Source of the DNA: Eledone cirrhosa
Taxonomy: Eukaryota
Length of the DNA: 64,000 nt
Assembly: GCA_964016885.1 (NCBI GenBank)
Contig: OZ024740.1
Span: forward strand, 79,112,001 to 79,176,000
Direction: 5' to 3'
Shown: positions 26,025 through 37,078 of the stretch, in pieces
Layout: the number at the start of each line of letters is the position of its first letter
Numbering within the stretch: position 1 is the first letter of the stretch
Program-made: the position numbers and the translations under genes
The notes under the pieces: generated by a model
Databases searched by the model: none
The model's input: the letters and a program-made list of their open reading frames with translations, nothing else
Told to the model about the DNA's origin: nothing

Positions 26025-28096
26025 TCAGTGTGATCCTTGAGGCTGATGCGACGCAGCTAGTGCAGACACATTTGGTTGCAAACTTGTCAATTTTAATCGC
26101 AAGTCTCCTCGTTTAGCTACATCCAGTCCACTTCTTCTTTTAGAAAGTAAAGTACCAACGTGACTGAAACCAGATTCGACCAAGTACGACGTTGGGAAGG
26201 CAAGCAAAATTAATTTCAAATGCTTCCATAAGTTGAGGTAAGAATTCAATATACTTTGATGATACCACAAGCCTTCTTTGCCATGAAGCCGATATCGCAT
26301 TGTGGCTTCATTATCATTTTGCAATTCAATTAGCTCCTCCTGAACGTCGTCCTCGCAATAGACTGCTTGGACTTCAAACGGATTGCTATACCAATTTGGA
26401 ATATTCAATGTAATAACATCTTGAAATCGCTCCACCATGTCATCATGCAATGATTGTAGATAGTTACGATAGGTAACGGTATCCTCGTCAACCAATTCAT
26501 CTTTCAAAGAATTCAGTTGTGGAAATTGATGCACTTGACGTTTGGAAATGTTTATTTTATACAGGACCAATTTCGAAATGAAGGCGGTGATAAATAATTT
26601 ACAGTCGACAAGAGTTTTTTGCTTTCCTTGCAACAACTTAATCAAATCATTAAGTTTAGTGAATATATCTCTAAAAAAAAATATCGCGCTTTGCAGCAAT
26701 CAATGAAGCCGACAGAGGAGTTTAACGAAAGGTTAATAATGAAATGAAATGAATGGTTATATGTGGTTATTAGAAATGATGATAACAAAGTATAATAGGA
26801 ATAGGTGTAATAACGAAAATATAAAGAATATAAGAATAAATGATTTGGTTATATATAGTTTACTTCACGTGAATCAATTAAAAAGTACATATAAAACAGT
26901 TACCAAGAGTTGTTAACGTTGTTATTGTTGCTGATGTGAGGCTGTTGTAGTCTGTTGTTGTCTGTTGGTGTGAAAGCAGCGAGCGATAGATAATTGTTAT
27001 TGTTGTTGGAATTTGGAGACCGCGGTAGTAGTTGTGAGACCGTGTTAGTAAGAGAGAGAGATATAATATGTATATCTCTGAATGGTCTGTAGTAACTGTG
27101 AAATACCGTGGCCTGCAGACAGCGGTGAATCTTCCACATTTGTGTTCTGTAGTAGCAGGGTTCCAATCGCTCTGGGTGTATCTGTAGACCTCATGGAGTC
27201 TGTTGAATAGTGGTGAATCTTTACATAGTTAGTTGTGTATCCTAGCGTTTCGATATCTCTGTATCTGTAGACCCTTTGGGTCTATTGATAGCAGTAAATA
27301 CTTACATAGCTTGTTATAGGTGTAATGCTCCGATGTATCTCCTTGAGTGGGATGATAGCACAGGCTTTATATAGCTATCGCTTCCTGTCCCCCCACCTTC
27401 AGGGGACAGACAACACATCCACCTGGCTACACCAAAAAGGGTGTTGACCTAGAATTTAACCTTTAGGTATCACCCAAAGTTCAAGGCGCGGACAGATTTC
27501 GCTACAGGAGTACTTTCAAAGAAAGATATGATCACATGAAACAGTTCAACAAAGCGAACAACACAGTTTCCCTTTGGCAGCCATCGTACAATTTGAATGA
27601 GTTGATGTTTGACATCGGTGGCCATTTCATCTATTCGTCGAGAAATTGTATTGTTACTTAGTGGAATTTTCTTGATAATTGTGTCGGACTTCTCGTGCAT
27701 TACAGTCGACAGACCTTCTTCAATGACAGGTCGAACCAATGTTTCCCCTATAGTGTGGGACTTCCCGGTCTTTGCGACCAGTAATGCAATATTGTACGAC
27801 GCAATCATACCGTCATTTTCCTGTACAGTTGCTTCCCTAAACATCGTGTTCAGTGTTTTCCGTTTTTCGAAAGAGGCCTTAAGTTGCAAAAAATATGACA
27901 ATGGTTTGTCTTTTTTGTCAGAATGCTTGGAATCAAAATTACATTTCAAGCGTGAAGGTTTCATGGCTTCATTGCTCAAAGTTTGCTGGCATAGAAGACA
28001 CATGGGTAATTGGCAGTTCTGAGGAGAAGCAATAAATCCATATGATAAATAATCAATGCTGTACTGGCGACAAGTTTTCTTTACCGGAGGCATCAG
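26025..28096 (-). pseudogene. Buster/Charlie (ZBED5/SCAND3-like) transposase remnant
   Basis: N-terminus RQYSIDYLSYGF..PMCLLCQQTLSNEAMKPSRL..KSHTIGETLV..PLSNNTISRRI. It jumps directly to VRWLPKG (catalytic region deleted). C-terminus FPTSYLVESGFS..RGDLRLKLT..QPQGSH. Split by the 26721-27506 insert. Confidence 0.88.
26721..27506 (-). mobile_element. Solo-LTR-like insertion with 4-bp TSD
   Basis: GGAG|TTTAACGAAA ... TTTCGCTACA|GGAG. Termini match degenerate TGTAGCGAAA inverted ends. TATA-like CTATATAAAG on the minus strand at about 27364-27374. Removing it rejoins the transposase (FFESTP-LSASL). Confidence 0.7.
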
Positions 28097-28817
28097 GGAA
28101 GTTAAAATTCGAAAAAAGAATTCATATAGGCAGAATCGGCGAAGGCAGAAATGCACGATGCGCGACTACAGCAGTGTTAACACGTTTTGCCGTTGGTCTT
28201 GCGTCATCACCTGTTTTAGTTTACCGATTCACGCGGATGTGTGTGCGTCCAATGCGAGCTGTCCATGTGAGCTGTTGGGCAGCCGTAAACTGCTAGACAT
28301 GAATCAGTTGAAAACAGATGAATTACAGTCATACAGCTGGATACTACTTCCTTAGTCTAGACTAGGGAAGAGCGAATCCGAGCTCTGTGATTACAGCATA
28401 CCGGCCATTATATGATCAATAACATACTTAATTACCGAAAATCTTTTGTCACCCACCAAAATTTTAGATCACCCACCATTTCCTAAACATTTGTTTATCG
28501 CCCACCCGATGGGCGATATTGCCCCGGTTGGGAAACCCTGGGCGATATGTTTATTTAAACCCTGGCGATATGTCCCTGGGGAAATGTTTATTTACATTGT
28601 AAATAAATATTTCCATAGCTTCGTTATGAATTTTAGAAGCCATGATTAATTCACCAATAACTAGTATTTAGCAACCAAGGGAGAGCACTCAGACGGCACC
28701 GTTTCTGGTTCCTTAACCGTCTTCAGAGACTAATTCCTTCTTGGATGCTGATACGAAAATAAGCTAAAAGCTTATAGCGTTTATGCATCACTAGGTCTCA
28801 TTAATTAGTGCCCACTA

Positions 28818-29035
28818 GGGCGGTGGATTGGCAATATCGGTAGAGAGTTGGACACCATGCTTTGCCACGTAGAGTTACGGTCCTTTACGGTCTGAGTTCA
28901 AATCCCGCCGAGGTTAACTTTGCATTTCATCCTTTCAAGGTCGATAAAATAGAGCACCAGTAGCGTACTGGGGTCGATTTAATCGACTTCCCCTCCCTCC
29001 AAATTACTGGCCTTGTGCCTGTACTAGAAATCATT
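28818..29035 (+). mobile_element. SINE copy, long variant
   Basis: Full consensus including the GGGGTCGATTTAATCGACTTCCCC hairpin. Confidence 0.8.
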
Positions 29036-29643
29036 AATTAGATCCCACTAGTGTTTACTCTGTAGGCAGATGAGCTTCGTCAGCCGATGTTCATAAGCAT
29101 AAACCTATTGAAATATATGAGTGTGTGTGTGTGTGTGTGTGTGGTTCAAAGTTAAAAAAAGAAGACAAACACTGAAAACAATGGCACAAGGTCTCATCAG
29201 TCTCACGCTTGTGGGAATAGGAAAAAGAATTCCTCAACGTACCGGACGTCAGTTCTTCACCAGGAGGTTGTAAAGTTAGAAAGGAAGGGGGTTATACAAA
29301 GAAATAGTAACCAAAATTTAGAATATTATAATTGTTATTAAATAATTTTGTGTGCTTATGTCACCTTTGATGGATGCTAAAATCTCAGCAACATTCATGA
29401 AATTCTCATCAAGTTTCTTTCAAGTAGGTACTGATGTGGGGGAAGGGACAAATGTTCTCTAGCTCAGTGCCGCCTCTAGTTACTGTAATCCGGCCCTGGT
29501 TAGAAATAATTATTATCAGCAGTGTTATGTCATCAGAAACTGTACTACATTTTCAATACTATCGACAGTAAATTACATTTAAACCTTCGCTGGTCTGTAG
29601 TTATGCATATCCAAGTAGAAACACGCACACACACACACACACG

Positions 29644-29717
<74 letters not shown>

Positions 29718-30134
29718 CCTCTCTCTCTCTCTTTCTCTCTCTTCAATCTAGCCAGAATATATTGAAAATATTCTGAGTGAAAATGTGTCAACTATTTCAA
29801 CTAACCATTAACAACAGACAGGTATTTTAACTAACCTTTTCATATATGTAATACTTCTTCAGAAATATATCATTCACATGTTTGTTTGTTTTTCTTTTTT
29901 GTTTACAAATCTAATGTAAGTTTTTTTTATGACATATCTCTTCTCTTTGGTGGGAGAAGAATATGTTTTAAACCGTATTGCGTGAACTGATCTGTAAATT
30001 GATTCACGCCAAATAAGTTACCAATTAGAGAGAAGCAGAAGTAGATATTAAAAAATCTTCTTATCTCTATCATTAGGGAGCTAAGTAGGTGTTTTGTAGC
30101 TGTTATTTAACTGATTCGTTCGTATCTGACTTGC

Positions 30135-30690
30135 TTCGCAATATTTGGTCTGACACTTTACATTCTGTGTTCAAATCCCACCAAAGTGAACTCCGCTTTT
30201 TATCCTTTCAAGGTCGATAAAATAAAATACCAGTAATGCACTGGGGTGAATTGAATCGACTTTCCCCTCCCCCCAAATGTTTGACCTTGTGCCTAAATCA
30301 GAAATCAATATTTGTTCTGACTCTTTACATTCTCAGTTCAAATCCCACCTAGGTCAACGTCGCTTTTCATCCTTTCAAGGTCGATAAATAAAGTGTCAGT
30401 AAAGTAGTGGGGTCGATTTAATCGACTTTCCCCTCCCCCAAATTGCTGGCCTTGTGCCTAAAGTAGAAATCACTTACTGTTAGGGACGGGGAATTTGTAG
30501 AATCGGTGGAGCGTTGGAGAGAATGGTTTGCAGTATTTAGTTATGACATTCTACGCTCTGAGTTCAAATCCCGCCGAGGTCAACTTTGCCTGTCATCCTT
30601 CAGAGGTCAATAAAATATAGTATCAGTACTTGGATCGATTTAATCGACTTTCCCCTCTCCAAAATTGCTGGCCTTGCGCTAATATTAGAA
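30135..30690 (+). mobile_element. Three head-to-tail SINE copies
   Basis: GTTCAAATCCC...CCTTTCAAGGTCGATAAA...CCTTGTGCC repeated at about 30135, 30320 and 30485. Confidence 0.8.
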
Positions 30691-31415
30691 AAAAATAATT
30701 TAATGCTGCTATTTCATCAGTGAATAATATTTCGGAGAAGAATTTATTTATTTGTTCAACTTTATTCATAGATATAACATCCATGAGCTTGGCTGGTCTC
30801 GTTTGGGGTTCTAGCCAGTTCCGTTGGGAATGGTTGCTTCTGACTGAACTCTCTGGAATGCGTGTCTGAGTACATAGCCCCACAACCCTCTCAAGAAGAA
30901 GAAGAAGAAATTCATTTTTATATTTTTTATATTTTGTATTACAATTGATGAACAATATCGTCGTTGGTTAGAGGTCTCCAACGAATCAATTCACTGCACC
31001 TTTTACATCAAGACATAGGAGTGTCTGTAACCTGGTGAACTTCGTTGAAAGAGTATAGGATTTGTTAAAGAGTCGGCCAAGATGCTTTGTGATGTACTTG
31101 TATGTTCCAGCACTGTGCGTTTCGAGTTCAAATTCTGCCTCCTTCCGAGAGGACTGACAGATTGTATCTATAGAGTCTGTCACCCTCTCTCCTTCCTCCT
31201 TTCTTTCTTCCTTTGTCTAGTAGTCCTTGCTCTCCCCACCCGTTTCCTCTCATTTATGGCATTTATAGTCCTTTCTAATACTGCTCTCTTTGTCTGTAAG
31301 TTTATATAACCCTACTGTAAAATAAAATTATCTATTATATTACGTAAAAAAAAAGTATCAGCAATGGAAAGACGAATGGAAGCATAGCCTCCTACGTCTG
31401 ATTTGACGATCCTCT

Positions 31416-31483
<68 letters not shown>

Positions 31484-31654
31484 ATAATGCGGTGAAACTA
31501 AAATAAATTTTGGCCTAGAATACTCGGGTGTTATGGATGTCAACAATATGGCCAGGAGAAAAGAACTGACGGGAGAGTTCTGTAGTATTTGGTATGCAGA
31601 ATTGCTTCTCGTGTGTCTTCTTAGTCATATGATTGATATTTATAATCAGTGTCA

Positions 31655-31935
31655 CTATATTGGCCAGCAGTTTGAAGAGGAGGGGAAAGTCGATTAAATT
31701 GACTCCAGTGAATTACTGGTACTTTATTTTATCGACGCTGTAAACATTAATAATAATTGTTTCTACTTTTGGCACAAGGCCAGCAATTATCCCAGGGCAT
31801 TACTGGTACTTTATTTTATATACCCCGTAAAGCTGAAAGGCAAATTAACCTCGGCGGGATTTGAACTCAGATCGTAAAGGGCCGTAACTCTGTGCTGCAA
31901 AACATGGCGTCCGACCCCTCTACCGATACTGCCAA
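31655..31935 (-). mobile_element. Two SINE copies (31655-31740 partial; 31755-31935)
   Basis: Reverse complement of the consensus. Confidence 0.78.
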
Positions 31936-32393
31936 TAATAATACATATATGTGTGTGAATATATATATATATTCAATCTTTCTGTATTTATCGTTGTTGT
32001 GGTATATGTATAGTCACTGCCTTCAGTCGTTTATCTTTGTGTCACACTTTTTAACTGTTCTGTTTACTGTGGACGGTAATGTATTGACATAACCGCTCTA
32101 TTGAGTGCTTTCCATTGACTCAAATAACTCGAGTAGTACCTGCTATATGGCAGCTACAACTTCGATTCATACCTAATATATATATATATATATATACATA
32201 CATATATACATATTGACGGAAGGCTTTAAAATCATAATTGTAAGCTAATCATACACATTAATCGTTGTCTAATATTGGTTTTTCCTAATTGCATGATTAT
32301 TTCCAATTAGCTTATTAATGCCGCCTGAACGAGGTCAATGATCCTCTCTGTTACGGCGTAGTTCTTTCATATTTCTCCCTCACCCCGCCTCTC

Positions 32394-32432
<39 letters not shown>

Positions 32433-32438
<6 letters not shown>

Positions 32439-32693
32439 TGAGGATGTCTGTCTGTGTGTGTGTGAGTTTGAATCCCTAAAACTAGAGAAGCACCCAACCG
32501 ACTGTTTTCAAACTTTACACATGTAATACTTATGTTTCAGGGAGTGTTCTGAGCAAAAACAATTTCAAATTTTCAATGCCCTAGGGACGGCATTAGGTGA
32601 TTTAGCGATCTCTCTCTATAATTCTTAGTCTTTCTCTTTTTAGATAGATACATACATACCCTTATAATATCTGTCAGTATGTCTGGCTGTCTG
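32433..32693 (+). mobile_element. 5' fragment of the Helitron at 429
   Basis: Near-identical to about 440-670 plus 756-790. Confidence 0.85.
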
Positions 32694-32785
32694 CTGCTTC
32701 CGGTTATTTTGCCACCCTTGCTCAAGACAAATCTCACACTCATTCCCCAAACAGTTGGTAAGTGCAATATAAGGGTACAAACACG

Positions 32786-32819
<34 letters not shown>

Positions 32820-32938
32820 GGAAAAGCGTCAGGACCCCGACGACTGACCTCCATCCGTTTCGACAGCTAGATCCGAACTGTTCGGATCTAACTGTCGAAA
32901 CAGCAGGAGCTCAGCCATCGGGATCCTGACTCTTTTCC
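32820..32938. repeat. Imperfect palindrome of about 120 bp containing a hammerhead 3' half
   Basis: GAAAAGCGTCAGGACCCCGA..TTTCGACAGCTAGATCCGAAC t GTTCGGATCTAACTGTCGAAA..TCGGGATCCTGACTCTTTTC. Confidence 0.75.
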
Positions 32939-33026
32939 TATTACACACTCTACTACTCTAAATATCGAGTACTCTGGTGCGTTATGATCCACCTGGTATC
33001 TTACCACACCTTCTTTGTTATATATA

Positions 33027-33072
<46 letters not shown>

Positions 33073-33076
<4 letters not shown>

Positions 33077-33778
33077 TAAATCATGTCCTTAGAATTATTA
33101 GATAAAATATATACCATTTCCTCTCCCAATTAGCATAATTAACCATATAAAAAATCTATTAGACCAGGCTATAAGAATAAAGGCTCCTAGGAAGAAATTT
33201 TCGACAAATAACCGAAAGCAGCCTCTTCGCGGTGACCCCAATAGAGTATTTATCCAACATTTCAACAGCATGTAGAAACTGACTAAATATACCGTCAACC
33301 ATACACAATTAGGTGTAAATTTAAACTTAGAAGAAACGTGTACATACCGTAATTATATCCCTACCATGGTTTCGTCCGTATTTTTAGATATCCTATTGTT
33401 AGGATGTACCCTGAGTAACAGACTCACCAGGAGACAAACTCAAGATTGGACAGTTAATGTTCCAAAGCGATCGCGCCAAAAATAGATTAAAAAATGGCTA
33501 AGAATCGTGACGTGGCAGTGGTCAAGTTAGAAAGAATGTGATTAGTTGCTTACGGCGGGTAGGCTTGTTGCTAGAAAGCGCAGCCCAATATCGCCCAATT
33601 GTATCTCAACCCAACGGGAGATTATTAAATATAGAGATTTACATACACATTAAGTCATAGATATATATGTGGCAACCGGTCACGTTGTGGCTCAATGAAG
33701 AATTAATAAATTAAATAATCAGAGCAATATATCATAAATCATGTCCTTAGAATTATTTAATAATCTCCCCTTGGGTTG
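33073..33778 (-). mobile_element. Terminally redundant 658-bp non-coding hammerhead element (retrozyme-like)
   Basis: 27-bp direct repeat ATCATAAATCATGTCCTTAGAATTATT at 33073 and 33731, then an inverted copy of 33607-33627. Hammerhead at 33357-33435. Starts in (TA)n. Confidence 0.6.
33357..33435 (-). ncRNA. Hammerhead motif with one core substitution (CTGGTGA) and long stem II
   Basis: Minus strand: GTCTC-CTGGTGA-GTCTGT(38 nt)ACGGAC-GAAAC CATG GTA-GGGAT. Stem III ACCATGGT is palindromic. Confidence 0.65.
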
Positions 33779-34411
33779 TTCGTCGCCGAAGTTCAAGTAT
33801 GAGCAATGTTTTGTTTGTCTAGTTTCTCTCATTAAACTGTAGCCATACTTCGACGCCACCTCCAATGGATTTAGTCGATCATTTTGACGCTAGTATTTAT
33901 TTTATTGAGAAGCAACTGTTGTTTGTGTTGGTCCGGTCTCTGGCTCTGGGGTTTCATCGTAGGGTGGAGAAGGAAACTGGGTAGCCGTTAATCTCTAGCA
34001 CCCGTAGAATAGTCTGCTATGGATGGCTCTATTAGCAACGTCGCTGCATCGGTTGCGTATGCCTTTCACTACATAAACTTACATTCATGCACATACATAC
34101 ATACATCCCACTAAGCACAATTACATTAAAGCACACACATGCATATATCATACACTTTTTCCTAGACATTTCATAACGGGCACGCTATAAATTTTAACGT
34201 ATTTTCATTACATTTAAATTAAACCTGCCTTCCTAACAACTCATCTCTGATTGATCCTTTAAGTCTCGCACAGGGATACTCCCTTGATAATAGGTTTTTA
34301 AACCAGAAAATATTTGGGATTGTTAAATTTGCTAAGATGATTCTATTGTTATCTTAGCAATTTTAATTTCCTAGGGCATTGTATGGTTTTCAAAATTATT
34401 TAAATTTGTGC

Positions 34412-34484
<73 letters not shown>

Positions 34485-34540
34485 CGATGAATTAGTTTTG
34501 CGAGGTTTTTTATATGAAATCGTGTGTCGAAACAGATATT

Positions 34541-36576
34541 GTTGCACAACTAACACACGATGGGAGAGAAAAAATCCTCAACGCTCACATGATGATGTGG
34601 ACTGACATCCTAAAGCCAAGCAGACGCACTGCCAACAACTTCCAGGCGTCTAACAATGGCATACCACCCTTGTATGGGCTCCGCAAAGACCACAAGACAG
34701 TCGACGACCCGACAACAGGACCACCAAGACCCGTATGCGGAGCTAATATAGCTAGCAACTACAGGATCTCCTACTTCCTCTCAATGGTTATACGCCCCAT
34801 AATCAAGATGTCCCCAGATTATGTGAAAGTACAGAGGACCTCCTCAGCAGAATCAGTGAGTGCAACAAAAACAGGAGCCTATCCAACTGCATAATAGGCA
34901 GCATGGATGTGGTGTCACTGTACCCATCCATTAACATTGATTTTGCTGTGAAAAGATGTGTGGAGATGATCATTGAGAGTGAGGTGGAGTTCTGCGACGT
35001 CGACACAGACGAACTGGGCCTCCTACTTAGACTTACCTACGACACTGACTACCTAGACAGCCATGACCTTAGATGTTTCTGCCCTAGTAGACCTATAAGA
35101 GGTAGACCCCCCACCATAACCTCAATGGCTAAAAAGACTCCCATAGGAAGGTGGATTGGGTGGACCAAAGCTATACGGACCCCCCAAAACACTGATCAGG
35201 TAAGAAAAATGGTCGCACATGCAATAGGGGCTAGTATCAAAACTACCCTAAAGGGCCACATATTTAAGTTCAATGAGAAAATCTACACCCAAAATGAGGG
35301 AGCAGCCATCGGCGTCAGCATAGCTGGTGATGTTGCCAACCTTTTCATGGTATGGTGGGAAAGGAGACTTAAAGATCTCCTTAATGAAAGCTCCATAGAC
35401 CTCATCATGTACTCTCGTTATGTAGACGATATCAATATAGTTATAAGAACACCCCCACTAGAGAGCACTAACAAGTTTGATTTAGAACGTAGCACGATGG
35501 AAAGCATCCAGCAGATAGCTAATTCCATACACCAGAGTATAACTGTAACTATAGACTTCCCTTCCAAACACCCTAACAATAGACTACCTGTATTAGACAC
35601 AGAACTCTGGATTAACACTATAGACGAGAGAGCCCAAATTCTCCACTCACACTATGCTAAACCCATGGCCTCCAAATACCTGATACTCAAAAACTCAGCA
35701 ATGTCCAGTAGTGCCTAGTTTAATATTCTGATCGCAGATTTGGTACGAGTGATGAAGAATGTATCCAGCATGTGCGACCCAACAGAAATGGAAGGACACA
35801 TCCAACACTTCATCAACCGCATGCAGTTCTCTGGCTACAACCAAAGAGACAGAGTCAGAGTATACGAAGGAGCCATGGAAAAGTATAAGACCCTCATAGA
35901 ACTGGACATGAAAGGAATTTGCCCACTATACAGGAGCAAATCATGGAATAGCTTAGATAGGGCTAGACATAAGATAGGGAAGGCCACATCATGGTACGAC
36001 AACCAGAGATATCAGAGTGTCATGTTTGTGGATGCCACCCCTGGAGGGAAATTAGCTAACCAGTGTAGAAAGGCCCTGAGAAAGACCCACTTAAAAATAA
36101 AGGTGGTAGAAAAGCCAGGAACCACCATAAAATCCCTGATCAGCAAAACCTACCCTTTTAAGAAAACCCACTGTACTAATAGGAAATGTATCATATGTAA
36201 GGTGAACCCCCGGATAAACTGTAAAACCAGAAACGTAGTCTATAGCATAAGATGTACAGAGGGTACTTGCAGAAACATGACAACAACATACATAGGTGAG
36301 ACAGCTCGTAGCATAGGTGAAAGGATAGACCAACACTGGGGGGAACTAAAAGGACGAAAAAACGGGTCAGTACTATACGAACATGCTAGACAACAACACG
36401 ACGGTAACATAGACAACATAGAAATTAGAATAATATCTAAACATAGGAATGACCCAGCAGATAGGCAAATCAGAGAGGCCAGTGAAATAGAAATTAGAAG
36501 ACCAAAGCTAAACAGAAAGAATGAGTGGAACAACAACAACACCCAAACAAACAACACTGACCTAAGAGAAGTATAA
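34541..36576 (+). pseudogene. 5'-truncated PLE RT/GIY-YIG copy
   Basis: Same sequence as the full copy, with a 3-nt deletion (about 34727), a 1-nt frameshift (about 34819) and TAG at 35716-35718. Confidence 0.92.
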
Positions 36577-36847
36577 ATAAGTAAATAAAATTAAATAAAA
36601 TAAGATAAATAAATACATACACAAGCACATAAACACACACTAGTCACCCAGCAGACACAACACTATACACACTAGTCACACATCACACATAACACTATAC
36701 ACACACGCAAACGCATGCGCAAAGAAGACAAAATAAAATAAGATAAACAAACAAGCAAATAAATAAATAAATATATAGACAGACTGAACAAAAAAAAAAT
36801 GGCGTAGACATGCAACACAACAGGAGGAACAATGAATATAACACCAC

Positions 36848-36880
36848 TGACGATGTTGCAGATGTGCAACGAAAGATTTA
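36848..36880 (+). ncRNA. Hammerhead-core-like motif in the PLE pseudo-LTR (second copy at about 40983-41015)
   Basis: CTGACGA-t GTTGCA gatg TGCAAC-GAAA. Stems I and III could not be convincingly paired. Confidence 0.4.
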
Positions 36881-37078
36881 TGTAAATTATGTAAACTATA
36901 TATATGTGTTTGTGTCTATATTGTATCTGTATTATTTTTGACCGCCGGTCAGTCAATGGCAACATTGAGGACCGAGTAAGTTAGATCGCAGATATATATA
37001 TATAAAAGACAGCGAGAAGCGAAAACCAACCAAACAGTGAGTGTGTTCTGTTATTAATTCTGGCAATATTACGCAAAT

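Larger units (their letters stand above)
25743..28540 (-). mobile_element. hAT DNA transposon, Buster/Charlie group, internally deleted
   Basis: TIRs CAGGGGTTCCCAACC (25743) / GGTTGGGAAACCCTG (28526-28540) with transposase fragments between. No clean 8-bp TSD seen. Confidence 0.88.
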
